IMG/VR virus record: IMGVR_UViG_3300030372_004742
Location: 1 to 33,298 of that record
Length of the DNA: 33,298 nucleotides
Strand: one strand, 5' to 3'
Source of the DNA: a virus
Lineage: Duplodnaviria > Caudoviricetes
The stretch's first letter is position 1. Every line of letters begins with the position of its first letter. Positions 1 to 9,923 of the stretch are shown here, piece by piece. The notes beneath the pieces were generated by a model, which saw only the letters and a program-made list of their open reading frames with translations, did no database searches and was not told where the DNA came from. Made by a program: the position numbers and the translations under genes.

Positions 1-2774
1 AACGTTGTGGTCGTCAGAGCCGCCGTTGCGCTGTCTTTGTACCGGGTCCTGATGGTGTTCATCGACTGGTCCAAGATGACAGCAGGCTTGTTGCTTTGGG
101 TGTTCACCGCGTCAGACGTTGGTATGACATCAATCACCTGAGACGACCACTCTTTGTAGTCAGCTCCTGCGATGATGTTGAGCAGCCCAAAGGGCCAGGT
201 CGGCTCGAGCCGGTAGTCTGTGAACGCTGTGCCCTCGCTGGTGCCCACGATGTTCATGCCCCGGCCCTTAATCTGCACGCCGCCTGGGGTCTCGATGTTG
301 CCCGACTTATAGGCCCAGTCCACAGGCTGCGCCACGTCGTTGTTCTGATGCTGCTTGTCTCCAAGCCGGCTCTCAGTCCACACGAAGGTTCGCATCTCTG
401 CCGAGCAGGGGGCTGACGCGTTGTCCAGTCCAGACACGGTTGGGTTAATCGTTGAGTTAAACACACCCATGGCCATCCCAACCGTGTAGTCCTGGGTAAG
501 TGGCTTAAAGGGGATATACATAACCCTGTTGCGCTCCCACAGCCTAAAGCCGCGAGTGGGAGTGCTGGCGGGACTCCCCACCGCAATATCCACGTACTCG
601 CCCGTTGAAGAGACGACCCCCGCCGCAGTGGTCCGTTGCACTGCATACCCGCCAGCGAGCGGGGTGTTAAGGCGCTCTGGAGGCAGCGCAAATGCAACAG
701 ATGTGACGGAGGCAGTGGTCGGAATCGGAGCCCAATGCTCAGAATCAAAATACAGCCTAATGACCATCTGCCTTATCTCGCCAAAGACGTTGGCCAATCC
801 GGTGCTACAGTTCCTTCCTCTGACATACTCAACCGGAACCCACACCGCCCCCTCGACAGAGTCCGCTGCTAGCGACGGGGCCGCTGCGGTGCCTAGGACA
901 GAGCCGGGAGGTATGGGAATGGGCTTGCCTACATAGAGGAAGTGGTCGGAGTTTGATGGCGTTACCGCAGAAGAGACGCCGTGGTCAGGAAGCCACTCCC
1001 CAACCACCTGACGCCGGTCCTCGCCGGTCTCCACAGAGCGGTCAAGGGCACCTCCCAGCCCATAACGCGTGATGTACACAGAGCGGCTGGTGGTGTCCAA
1101 GGCTGTGTCTGGGGTCCCGGTGGACCCCCTCACGTTGGTCTTGTTGGCAAAGGTCTCGCCATTTTGGTTCTCGTATGGAGAGCCAACGATGTACAGGTTG
1201 TCCTTGTCTGCCAGCACCCAGGGGTTGAGGATGTTCTGCGTAGCGCCAACGATGTCAACGCCGCCACGCTGGCCCTGGACAATGCTCTCGACGCTCCACA
1301 CCGACCACTTCCCGTCCCGGTAGCACAGGCACATATTGAGCCTGGGAAACGAGAAGATGACCGATTGCAGGTCATGGGAGTACACGGAGCTCACGGACTG
1401 GGAATCAAGCGCAAAGCTGATGCGCGGCATCGCGTCTGGCTGGCCGGCCACGTCTGTCGCGTTTCCGCTAGCGGTGTAGTAGCTGGTAATCGGGTTGGGC
1501 ATTGACCCGGTAAAGAACGGCTCAATCGGCTCTGATGTCTTCTGAATAGAGAGGTTGCCGCCCATGGTGTAGGAGCCGCGCTTGTCCATCCAGAACACCG
1601 CGCCCTGGGCCTTGGCTATCGCTCCAGGGGACAGACAACCAAGGCCGTCAGCCAACTTGGTTAGCCGGCCCGTGGTGATGACGAACTCGTTAGACGGCCT
1701 AAACAGCCACGTCTCGTCCTCGGTCCAGATGAGCAGGTTGCCCAAGTGCTCCTCAATGGCCGTGATGCTCTTCTCTGATGGGACGAACAGGGCGTTCTCT
1801 GCCACTACGCTGGTGGGCCTTCCAACATCTGAGAAGTACAGGCTCTTGCCTTCAAACAGCACAAGCCGGCTCATCAGCACAGCCGCGCCGTTAGGCTTAG
1901 GGAACTCGGTCTTGTTCAGGTAGAGGTAGGCGCTGGTGAACGCACCATTAGAGGCCACCGCCTGCCTGACCAAGGAAGACTCTGAATACGGCGGTTTCCA
2001 TCGCCTATCAAACGAGGAGTCTACCTGCGCGCTGCGCCCTCTTCTGCTGATTGCGTTAGGGCCCTTGCGCCACCCCCTGAAAATAGCAGGGGAGTACAAC
2101 ATGAGGCCCATGTCTTGGTTGCCAAAGAACAACTGGTCGTTAATTTCAGCAAAGAAGCAAGTGTCCTCGTCATGCTCACTAAGTAGCCATCGCTGATGGC
2201 TACTTAGGCCCACCTTGTTGCCTTCCGCAACGGGGCCTCCCCCTCCGATTGCGGTGGTGGAGCCGGGCACGCCTCCCATATCCCACGCTGTCTGGTAGTG
2301 GCCTTTCCATCGGGGCATCTCTGCATAGGAATCGTCTGCCTGTGAGAAACTGGCCGTGTGGGCGTACACCGCCTCTTCCCACCAGTCATCCGTGGTCAGG
2401 TCGTAGATGCTGACCATGTAGACGTTTAGGAACTGAGAGACCTGGAGCGCGTTCTCAAACGCCGCTGTGGTGCCAGAGCCTCGAGTGCTTCCTGTGTATG
2501 CGTCCGTGGAGAACACGCTGATGATTTGGTCGTGACCAAAGTCGGTCTTCATCAGATAGGAGCCGAGGTGGTTTCTGTACCCCCACTTGCGGCTGGATTG
2601 GTTGGGGTCGATGGCACCTAGCGTGGTGTCCATCTCAGCCACCTGGCCGAAGCCCTTACGGACCTCCCAGCCATTACGACGCCACAGCATGTTGAGCGCG
2701 AACGAGCCCTTCACCTCAGAATCGGACTCGATTCCTGGGCCAAGGACCTCAACTTCTTGTCCGCGAACAGCCAC
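1..2774 (-). CDS. Tail nozzle / tail tubular protein B-like (P22 gp10/T7 gp12-like beta-propeller), 3' end runs off the window
   Basis: Not in the ORF track because no stop lies in the window. Read by hand from GTG 2774 (MAVRGQEVEVLGPG...), open in every stretch checked down to position 3. Contains RLVLFEGKSLYFSDVG...ITAIEEHLGNLLIWTE...GLGCLSPGAIAKAQGAVFWMDKRGSY, typical of nozzle propellers. Follows portal and adaptor. Confidence 0.7.
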   Translation of the reverse strand, partial: MAVRGQEVEVLGPGIESDSEVKGSFALNMLWRRNGWEVRKGFGQVAEMDTTLGAIDPNQSSRKWGYRNHLGSYLMKTDFGHDQIISVFSTDAYTGSTRGSGTTAAFENALQVSQFLNVYMVSIYDLTTDDWWEEAVYAHTASFSQADDSYAEMPRWKGHYQTAWDMGGVPGSTTAIGGGGPVAEGNKVGLSSHQRWLLSEHDEDTCFFAEINDQLFFGNQDMGLMLYSPAIFRGWRKGPNAISRRGRSAQVDSSFDRRWKPPYSESSLVRQAVASNGAFTSAYLYLNKTEFPKPNGAAVLMSRLVLFEGKSLYFSDVGRPTSVVAENALFVPSEKSITAIEEHLGNLLIWTEDETWLFRPSNEFVITTGRLTKLADGLGCLSPGAIAKAQGAVFWMDKRGSYTMGGNLSIQKTSEPIEPFFTGSMPNPITSYYTASGNATDVAGQPDAMPRISFALDSQSVSSVYSHDLQSVIFSFPRLNMCLCYRDGKWSVWSVESIVQGQRGGVDIVGATQNILNPWVLADKDNLYIVGSPYENQNGETFANKTNVRGSTGTPDTALDTTSRSVYITRYGLGGALDRSVETGEDRRQVVGEWLPDHGVSSAVTPSNSDHFLYVGKPIPIPPGSVLGTAAAPSLAADSVEGAVWVPVEYVRGRNCSTGLANVFGEIRQMVIRLYFDSEHWAPIPTTASVTSVAFALPPERLNTPLAGGYAVQRTTAAGVVSSTGEYVDIAVGSPASTPTRGFRLWERNRVMYIPFKPLTQDYTVGMAMGVFNSTINPTVSGLDNASAPCSAEMRTFVWTESRLGDKQHQNNDVAQPVDWAYKSGNIETPGGVQIKGRGMNIVGTSEGTAFTDYRLEPTWPFGLLNIIAGADYKEWSSQVIDVIPTSDAVNTQSNKPAVILDQSMNTIRTRYKDSATAALTTTT

Positions 2775-2783
2775 GCTCGCCCC

Positions 2784-3464
2784 CTAGTACCAGTAACTAT
2801 TGCTTGTCACGTTCTGGACGTAGTTCGCTCCAGCGGTGTTCCTGTTGGACAGATAATCAACGAGCTCACGTTCACGAATCTGTAGCTGCATCATAATCTG
2901 CTCGCTCGTGGCGGCATCTGCGATGGCGTACTGCTTGTATGCGTACAAGGCAATCATGTCGTGAAAGGCATCGAGGTCGTCGATGAAGTTCGCTGGAGGA
3001 GCCTGTCCTGCTTGAAACTGCACGTTGTGCCCAGGGACGTATGCAATCTTGAGAGGGCGCTGAATCACATAGTTGAACATCAAGATGTTGCTGGTGAAGA
3101 ACACCGCGTCTCCAGTGCTCTGCAATGCCTCTAGGGACTGCACTGAGTTGAACACCAGAGATGGCAGGTTGTTGGTCTGGTCAACAATGTAGACGCTCAA
3201 GAGCGAAACGAGCCGGTCCTGCACAGCGGCAGTTGAGCCCAGAATGGGCGCAGGAAGCGCCGACAGGTCCACTTGAACAGAGCCAGGGGCCGCCACGTCG
3301 ATCGTCCTGGCGTAGATGTTGGGGTCGATGTTAGTGACCTTACGCCTGAACTCGATGTAGGCAAGGTTGAGCATGTTCTCAACCAGAGAGTCTGGCACAA
3401 AGGTCTGGTCAGGCTCATCGATGTAGGTGCGGAAGGTGTTAATGACCTGGTCTACGGTAGCCAT
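2784..3464 (-). CDS. Head-tail adaptor / tail tubular protein A-like
   Basis: 226 aa directly after the portal. Helical N-terminus (VDQVINTFRTYIDEPD...MLNLAY) and C-terminal FHDMIALYAY pattern typical of adaptors. Confidence 0.6.
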   Translation of the reverse strand: MATVDQVINTFRTYIDEPDQTFVPDSLVENMLNLAYIEFRRKVTNIDPNIYARTIDVAAPGSVQVDLSALPAPILGSTAAVQDRLVSLLSVYIVDQTNNLPSLVFNSVQSLEALQSTGDAVFFTSNILMFNYVIQRPLKIAYVPGHNVQFQAGQAPPANFIDDLDAFHDMIALYAYKQYAIADAATSEQIMMQLQIRERELVDYLSNRNTAGANYVQNVTSNSYWY

Positions 3465-5398
3465 TAGAGCCCTCCTGTGCCTGGACCGCGACCCATCAGC
3501 GCCTCGCTTCTGCCGGTCAGGAGTCTCTCAGCCTCAGCCATAGAGCCCGCGCGCGTGGCCGCTGCGCTCTGCTCTTGGATAATCTGCTCCTGGGTGTTCG
3601 GAGACGCTGGGGCTGCCATGTTGGCCGCCATTGTTTGCGGGTTGAGGGTGGGGGGCTGAGAGCGCGGGAAGACCTTGTTCGCGCCCAGAAGGGTCCGGTA
3701 GACCTCGTCTGGTTGGCCTGCCGCCTCGATGCTGAGCAGGACATCCCTCAAATAATCCTGTCGCTCTGGTGTCAGCAGGTAGAACTCTTCTGTCTGCATA
3801 AACTCCCCAAAGACCTTACCGAAGGCCTCGAGGTCATCAGACATAAACACCTCCACTCGCGCTCCCAGCCTCGCCGCGTCCAACATGTCCTTGGCGTGAG
3901 CCATCGCCTGCACCTTCTCGCTTACAAAGGCGTTGCCGGTGCGGAAGCTCAACTCTTGCAGCGCCTGCTGCGGTGTAATCATGCCGGCCTGCACAAGCTC
4001 CATCACCTTGGCGTCTCGGTCCTGAGCCTCATCCCTGAACAGGGAGCCGGTCTCAATGAACACCTCTGGGACATCCACGATGTTGGTGCTCTGGATAGAG
4101 GCGAAGGTGACTCGCCCATACTGGTCGAGCATGCTCATCATCTTGGCCTCGGTGTAGAACTCCTTCATGAGTTCCAGAACACACCGGGCCATGGTTGCCG
4201 TGCCCTTCTCGATAGCCGCTTGGCTAATCTGAAGCTGGCTGGTGTCGTGGCTGGCCAGGGCCTGGATGGCCTTGCCGCTGGTGACGCCTACGGCTCGCTT
4301 GCCCAGGGACACCGAGTGCAGGCCCGCTACGTCGCCCATCTCCGCCTGTAGGCGCGTGATGTTATCAGCGATGTAGGACGGCAGAGGGGCTGCGGCCACC
4401 TGCTGTGGCGTGCCTCCTGCTGCGTTGTAATAGATTTTCTCACCGGGCTTGCTGGTGATGGCGTGGGTCGACACCCCAGCGGTCTTGGGCACCAGCCATT
4501 TGGGGTTGCCCATGAGCTCCACATTGTGGACGACCTGAGAGCGCGCTCGGTTGTAGAGCATCTGAAGGTCTACGAGCGGCTCAATTAGGCCCTTGCCCCA
4601 CAGACGGCGGGGAATCTCGGTGTATCGAATAATCTGGACGGGGAACGTCTTGGTAGGAATCTGCTTCTGCTTGAACAGATAGGTGCTTCCAGTGACGACC
4701 GCGTGGCGTCCATCGCGCCAGTAGATGTCGAAGACCTCAACTCGGTCCTTGGGAGGTCCTTCGTTTGGAGCGGGATTAATCTGGCCGTAGTCAGGCTCTT
4801 GTGGAGCGGGAGCGTTTTCAATCTCTTCAGCCTTGTCCGGGTAGGCCTCTTTTAAATCTTCACGGTCAACGTATGACCGGAGTCCGACCCATCGACTGTC
4901 GTCAGGATTAATGACTGAGTGCTCGAAGAAGATGTCGTAGGCTCCAACGGCCTCGGTCCTGACACACTCCATGCCTGGGTCGTAGAAGGTGTGTAGAGCC
5001 GCAGTTCCTGTAGTGAGGAGCCACTTGATGAGTTGCTCGATGGTCTCTGGCACGTCGTCTTTGTGCCAGTAATAGCGAAGGGCTGTCTCAGATGACTTCG
5101 CTTTGAGAATGTCCTCATAGGATGGGCTCGCTGGGATGACCACAACGCCGGGGTAGGCCAGGGCCAACCGGGACAAGACGTTGCGGTAGATGTTTAAAAG
5201 CAGGTTGACCGTGACTCGAGACGACCCCTCGGTCGATGTCGCGGTGACGTAGGCGGCGAGGCGCTTGTCGTATGACAGCCACTGGCGACCCTCAAGGAAC
5301 TTCAGGGACAGGTTCCATGCGCGACGCACCGCAATCTTATCGCGGCGCGAGTCGTTAATCAGGCCCTGGATGTTCTGGGGGAACTCTTTAGCCATCAA
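3464..5398 (-). CDS. Portal protein (P22-like)
   Basis: 644 aa. FLEGRQW...VNLLLN at the N-terminus, WGKGLIEPLVDLQMLYNRARSQ, GNPKWLVP, SGKAIQAL and a Q/P-rich tail. Confidence 0.85.
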   Translation of the reverse strand: MMAKEFPQNIQGLINDSRRDKIAVRRAWNLSLKFLEGRQWLSYDKRLAAYVTATSTEGSSRVTVNLLLNIYRNVLSRLALAYPGVVVIPASPSYEDILKAKSSETALRYYWHKDDVPETIEQLIKWLLTTGTAALHTFYDPGMECVRTEAVGAYDIFFEHSVINPDDSRWVGLRSYVDREDLKEAYPDKAEEIENAPAPQEPDYGQINPAPNEGPPKDRVEVFDIYWRDGRHAVVTGSTYLFKQKQIPTKTFPVQIIRYTEIPRRLWGKGLIEPLVDLQMLYNRARSQVVHNVELMGNPKWLVPKTAGVSTHAITSKPGEKIYYNAAGGTPQQVAAAPLPSYIADNITRLQAEMGDVAGLHSVSLGKRAVGVTSGKAIQALASHDTSQLQISQAAIEKGTATMARCVLELMKEFYTEAKMMSMLDQYGRVTFASIQSTNIVDVPEVFIETGSLFRDEAQDRDAKVMELVQAGMITPQQALQELSFRTGNAFVSEKVQAMAHAKDMLDAARLGARVEVFMSDDLEAFGKVFGEFMQTEEFYLLTPERQDYLRDVLLSIEAAGQPDEVYRTLLGANKVFPRSQPPTLNPQTMAANMAAPASPNTQEQIIQEQSAAATRAGSMAEAERLLTGRSEALMGRGPGTGGL

Positions 5399-5745
5399 TA
5401 GACCTCAGGAGGGGCAACGGCAAAGTTATAAGGGTCCTGGTACATTTGGCCCGCAGCCGCGCTTCTGAGCGAGCCAAAGCCCTCAAGGCCAGAGCCCGAC
5501 TGCGCTTGCGCGTCCGGGGCGTTCTGCATAATGGCAGAGAGCAAGAGTGGGTTGTTGACGCCCATGGCGTTCAGCGTAGCCGCAAGGGGTGGTACGCCCG
5601 GGATGAAGAACGGGGCAATCTTCCCGGCCAGTCCCGCTAGGTTGCCCATTGGGGTCTGCCCTTGGGGCAGTGTGGGCATCGGCATTGGCGGTGCCCCAAC
5701 AGCGAACGGGTTGGGCTCATCTAGCGGATTAGGTCCCATAGCCAT
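5395..5745 (-). CDS. Hypothetical Pro/Gly-rich protein
   Basis: 116 aa, GAGGA upstream, stop overlaps the portal start. Confidence 0.55.
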   Translation of the reverse strand: MAMGPNPLDEPNPFAVGAPPMPMPTLPQGQTPMGNLAGLAGKIAPFFIPGVPPLAATLNAMGVNNPLLLSAIMQNAPDAQAQSGSGLEGFGSLRSAAAGQMYQDPYNFAVAPPEVY

Positions 5746-5938
5746 GTGATTCCTCCTCAGCGTAGATGATGTCCATCATGGGTTGGTTGTGTTCGACAAC
5801 CATGTCCCGTTCACGTCGTTCGGCCCGCTCATCTGACTCCTTCTCGCAAAGAAGCCAGATGTAGCGGGCCAGTAGCCCTAGGCATAGCGCCCCCATGAGT
5901 GCCAGGGTGAGCAGGCAAAACATGAGAGCGCTATGCAC
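5729..5938 (-). CDS. Small membrane protein
   Basis: 69 aa, GGAGG SD, N-terminal hydrophobic helix followed by an acidic/charged tail. Confidence 0.55.
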   Translation of the reverse strand: MHSALMFCLLTLALMGALCLGLLARYIWLLCEKESDERAERRERDMVVEHNQPMMDIIYAEEESHGYGT

Positions 5939-5945
5939 AAGTGCC

Positions 5946-5974
5946 TCCCGAATTAGGGTGGGGTTAATTCGGGA
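5946..5974 (-). promoter_or_regulatory. Stem-loop immediately after the capsid stop codon
   Basis: tcccgaatta (5946-5955) / taattcggga (5965-5974): 10 bp perfect stem with a 9 nt loop and no U-tract. Confidence 0.6.
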
Positions 5975-7372
5975 TTAGACGTCGAATCCGCACAGAATCG
6001 CGTTCTGGTTCGGGTTCGTGGTGACGGTGTTGTAGTACCATCGGTAGTAACCCTCGTAGGCGTCGACTCCCGCAACACCCACGCCAGCGCGCGCCAGGAC
6101 GCTTCCGTCCAGGTCCGCGAAGCCGTGAGCCTCGAGCTCCAGCACCTTCCAGGTCGAGAGCTTGAGGAAGATCATTCCTCCGCCCCCAACGTGACGGGCC
6201 GTCTTGATGGGAAGCCCACCATACGACAGTCCAGAGAATCCACCGTCGAGCTTGTTGGCGCGCTCTCCGCTGGTGTTCATCACCGCAGCGGAAGTGTTTG
6301 CCGTAAGCTGGAACAAGGCGGCGTACTGCTGACGCGCCAGCGGGCTGATGAGGATGCAGTCAGGCTCCTGACCGGAGAGCTGATGCACCTGGTCCATCGC
6401 CGCCTGCATACGCGGAAGCGCCAGCGCCGCACGGGCCTGAGCGCCACCCACGACCTGCGTGATGATGGTGCTCTGGAGAACGGGGAACTCCGTTCCACTC
6501 GCAGGGCTGAAGCGGTTGACGCCGAAGTGCGCACGAGAGCCGAGGTTCTCGAAGATTCCACGAGGCTGCTGGTCGAGAGCGTTGGTGACGGCAGTGGCCG
6601 GAGCCGCCTGCTGTGCAGCCGAAATCACAACCGCAACCGCAAACCCGTCGTCGGTGGGCGACGTGTCGTAGTTGGCACCTGCGCCGTTGAGGTCCACAAC
6701 CTCAAGGGTGATGGTGCGGTTGATGACATCCGTGGCGGTCAACTGAATCTGAACGCAGTTCGGAAGAACGGTGTATCCCAGAGCAGCGTTTCGGTCCACG
6801 CGAACGAGGTCGACCAGAAGCTCGGTGCTACCAGATGCGACAACGGCAGCGCGAAGAGCCTCGATCTTCTCGATGTCTCCGAAGCACTCCCAGGTGTCGA
6901 CAGCAGGAGCAGCACCAGCCGTAGCCTTGTGCTCGTTGAGGAAGCCGACGACGCGACCGCCAGAAATCATGGCGTTGTCCGAGGCCGACTTCACGTCGTT
7001 GACGAGCTTGTCCATCTCGGCTTCCATCCAGCCGATGAAGGAGTTTGCTCCGCCCTTACCAGCAGCCGACATGGCAGGGCCGGTAATCTGGAAACGACCG
7101 TAGAGGAAGTGCGCGTTCACCTGAAGCTGCTGGTATCCCTGGTCGCCAGCGGGCGGCAGGGTGGTCGCCGCAGTTCCATCGGACTCGCCACGGAAGCCGA
7201 CGCCCGTGTTGCGCGAAACGTGGATGGGGATGATTGCAACGCGACCGTTCCAATCGACAGTGGCCTTGGTCATCAGGTCAAGGACCATGACCTCATTGTT
7301 GAGCTGCTCTTGAACAGGCCCAAGGTAGAACTCCTTGAGAATGTTACTCAGCGTAAGCTGTGTGGCTGGCAT
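5975..7372 (-). CDS. Major capsid protein (HK97 fold)
   Basis: 465 aa after the scaffold, AGGAGG SD. ILKEFYLGPVQEQLNNE, LYGRFQITG and C-terminal YYRWYYNTVTTNPNQNAIL motifs. Confidence 0.85.
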   Translation of the reverse strand: MPATQLTLSNILKEFYLGPVQEQLNNEVMVLDLMTKATVDWNGRVAIIPIHVSRNTGVGFRGESDGTAATTLPPAGDQGYQQLQVNAHFLYGRFQITGPAMSAAGKGGANSFIGWMEAEMDKLVNDVKSASDNAMISGGRVVGFLNEHKATAGAAPAVDTWECFGDIEKIEALRAAVVASGSTELLVDLVRVDRNAALGYTVLPNCVQIQLTATDVINRTITLEVVDLNGAGANYDTSPTDDGFAVAVVISAAQQAAPATAVTNALDQQPRGIFENLGSRAHFGVNRFSPASGTEFPVLQSTIITQVVGGAQARAALALPRMQAAMDQVHQLSGQEPDCILISPLARQQYAALFQLTANTSAAVMNTSGERANKLDGGFSGLSYGGLPIKTARHVGGGGMIFLKLSTWKVLELEAHGFADLDGSVLARAGVGVAGVDAYEGYYRWYYNTVTTNPNQNAILCGFDV

Positions 7373-7410
7373 GACTGCCTCCTAAATGTGGTGATGAGAG
7401 CGTGAGCTCT

Positions 7411-8292
7411 CTATGCGAAGGGGTTGTTGCGGGCCCACAGCTTTCTCAAAGCTGCGGAACCATCGCTCACAGTCTTCAGCGGCACCTCAGATGCGGCAGC
7501 AGTCGTACTCCCTCCGGTTTTGCTGGGACGCGGAGCCGCTTTGGGCTCTTGGGTCGCGGCCACAGCCTCAGCCGGTGTGCTGTTCGGGTTCTTCTCCAAG
7601 TAGGCCGCGATGGCCTTCTCTTCAACACCCGCTACCCACGAGGAGTACTGCTCTGCAACCGCTTCTGCTGTAGCTGAAGGGTTGTTGGCAACAGCCTGCA
7701 AGATTACGTCCCGTGGCACGGATGGGAACTTCTGGAGCGCGGCACCAACCTCGACCTCCAACTGCTGACGAGCAAGCTGGACCTCGGCGTTGTATAGGCG
7801 GTCCTGAAATTCCTGAAGGTGGGCGGTGTCTTTAGCCTGAGCAGGGGCGGCGTCTTCTTCGCCGGCCAGGTATCGCTCAAGCCAAGCATCGTCCGATTCC
7901 GCTTGGGGCGCAGCCTGCACTGGAGCGGGCGCAGGTGTTGGCGCTGGCTGTGCGCGGAGTCTCTCAATCTCCGCCTCCAACTCCGCTCTCTCATCTCGAA
8001 ACTTGTTCCGAGACTCGAGCACCTGCTTAAACCGGTCATACGGGACACGGTGGCCCGATGGCACCTCTTCCTCCGCAGCAGGGCTGTCCTCCGCTGCGGC
8101 CTCCTGGGGTGCCGAATCCGCTCCATCTTCCACCTTCGCATTAACGTCCTGGGTGGGCTCGGACGAAGTCTCAGCCTGAACCGGAGCCTCTTCCACAACA
8201 GGAGAATCCACGGGCTCAGGGGCAGGCTCATCGCCCCCCTCAAGCATATTGGTGATTCCTGACAGTGCTTCTGGGCTCAAATCCATGACCAT
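7411..8292 (-). CDS. Capsid scaffolding protein
   Basis: Acidic disordered N-terminus, VPYDRFKQV motif, coiled coil, directly upstream of the capsid gene. Confidence 0.75.
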   Translation of the reverse strand: MVMDLSPEALSGITNMLEGGDEPAPEPVDSPVVEEAPVQAETSSEPTQDVNAKVEDGADSAPQEAAAEDSPAAEEEVPSGHRVPYDRFKQVLESRNKFRDERAELEAEIERLRAQPAPTPAPAPVQAAPQAESDDAWLERYLAGEEDAAPAQAKDTAHLQEFQDRLYNAEVQLARQQLEVEVGAALQKFPSVPRDVILQAVANNPSATAEAVAEQYSSWVAGVEEKAIAAYLEKNPNSTPAEAVAATQEPKAAPRPSKTGGSTTAAASEVPLKTVSDGSAALRKLWARNNPFA

Positions 8293-8307
8293 CTCCGTAT
8301 TTAACGC

Positions 8308-9921
8308 CTAGGAGGGCGAGTTTGTTAACGCTGATTCGGTCAGCGAGGCCACATCAGTACGCATCCCCCACCTGTCGGTGTTGTCAGCGTCCCTCTTCTT
8401 AGGATGCAATCTGCCAGTGTTCATCTCGAACTGCAACATCTCGTGCAGGTTCCGTGGCTTTTCTTGCACTATTTCTTCACGCACGTACTCAATCTGGTCG
8501 AGACCCATAAGGCCCAGAGCATGAGCGAATATCATGTCGTCGTGTTTATTCTTCTGAGCCTCTGGCTTGCCGTTATCATTGAAGATAAACGTGTTCATCT
8601 CGAACTGCATCCGAGGGTCGACCACGTCCATCTTCTCCATCTCCACATATTCGTGGAGCCGGCTCAGCATCACGGGCCTGGTGTTGACGTTGGTGGAAAA
8701 CCCGAGCTTGTCCACCCAGCGGTTGCCAACCTTGTCGAACGCGGTGCGCCTAAAAACAAAGGCCCACTCTTTTTTGACCAGGTACTCAAGGATGGACAGG
8801 CCGTAGGTGTTCGACTCTACAACCACCAGCGAGTTGTACTTCTTCGCTTCTTCGAGGACTCTCTCAGCAAACTGGTGAGGAGCCATGCGCTGATAAAAGC
8901 TGGAGCAAACAACTGGCTTGTCCTTGTCGGTGACATCCAACACGACAAACGCACTGTAGTCGCCGCTTGGAGCCCCTGATGCCACATCGGCTCCCAGGGT
9001 GTACACCCGATATTTTGAGTGAGGCTTGAACTCCTTGTATCCAGGCGTGATTTGCACATGGGGGTAGATGCGCGTGAAGAACCGCTCACCGCTGGTGATG
9101 AACGCCATCTGTGCAGTAAGCGGGTACTCCTGGAGGAACGTATGCCAGTTGCCAGCGCACTTGGTCTCAAGCGTCTCCTGCGCCCACCAGACCCGGCCAT
9201 TATCAAGCTCGTGCTTGAGCCCTAGCTCTTTTAGCTTGGGGTGGATGTACTTGGATTTCTCTTTGGAGATGTAGTTCGGGTCTTGGGTCCACGGGATAAA
9301 CAACTTCTGGTAGCCATTCTCTGCGTGCCAAATCTTGTGGGCGTCGTTTACGCCATTGGCCGTGGTCTCCAAGACCACCTCAGAGTCAGGGCCTAAGACC
9401 TGGAACGCACCAGCGATGGTCTTCTCTGGGTCGTTCCAAAACGCAAACTCAGAGCAGTGAAGCGCCTGATAGGTCGTGCCACGAAGGCCCTCGGAGTTCG
9501 CCGTGTCTACTTTGATGAGGCCGCCGTGGAACAGCTTGAGCTCACGGACGTTGGACTTCTCGGTCTTGAACTTCAAAAACCCAGGGAGGTTCGCGTAGAA
9601 GTTCTTGTAGACCTCAAATATCGCCTCTGCGGAGTCGCCACGGTGTGCAAGGACGGCCACACGGTGGTTGGGCGTAAACAGGACTCGCCAGAAGTTCCTC
9701 GCAGCGACCGCAGTAGTCATTCCCAACTGGCGGGCCTTGAGGATGTACGTCCACGGGTTCTCTTCGACGGTCGACCAGAACCGCTCCTGCGCATCGTTCA
9801 TCACGAACGGCACGACGCGGCTCCGCTTGTCGATTATCTTGAGGTACCGCTGAGCGAAATAACGGAAATCGCATGCGCACTTGCGAATCTCCGCCTCTAG
9901 CTTTTCCCGGCTCTCGCTCAT
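8308..9921 (-). CDS. terL: Terminase large subunit
   Basis: Walker A ILKARQLGMTT, Walker B ALHCSEFAFW, coupling motif ETTANG, nuclease motifs GADVASG and HDDMIFA. Confidence 0.95.
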   Translation of the reverse strand: MSESREKLEAEIRKCACDFRYFAQRYLKIIDKRSRVVPFVMNDAQERFWSTVEENPWTYILKARQLGMTTAVAARNFWRVLFTPNHRVAVLAHRGDSAEAIFEVYKNFYANLPGFLKFKTEKSNVRELKLFHGGLIKVDTANSEGLRGTTYQALHCSEFAFWNDPEKTIAGAFQVLGPDSEVVLETTANGVNDAHKIWHAENGYQKLFIPWTQDPNYISKEKSKYIHPKLKELGLKHELDNGRVWWAQETLETKCAGNWHTFLQEYPLTAQMAFITSGERFFTRIYPHVQITPGYKEFKPHSKYRVYTLGADVASGAPSGDYSAFVVLDVTDKDKPVVCSSFYQRMAPHQFAERVLEEAKKYNSLVVVESNTYGLSILEYLVKKEWAFVFRRTAFDKVGNRWVDKLGFSTNVNTRPVMLSRLHEYVEMEKMDVVDPRMQFEMNTFIFNDNGKPEAQKNKHDDMIFAHALGLMGLDQIEYVREEIVQEKPRNLHEMLQFEMNTGRLHPKKRDADNTDRWGMRTDVASLTESALTNSPS

Positions 9922-9923
9922 CC

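Noticed and set aside
434-487. 11 bp inverted repeat acacggttggg/cccaaccgtgt
   Set aside because: Long 32 nt loop inside a CDS; compatible with chance in 33 kb.
6345-6351. CTGATGA hammerhead-like core
   Set aside because: Antisense within the capsid gene, with no matching GAAA/stem arrangement nearby.
6125-7405. 426 aa + strand ORF, and similar long ORFs at 3575-4351, 17055-17879 and 29887-30756
   Set aside because: Antisense shadows of well-supported genes, expected in GC-rich DNA with biased codon use; no recognisable motifs.
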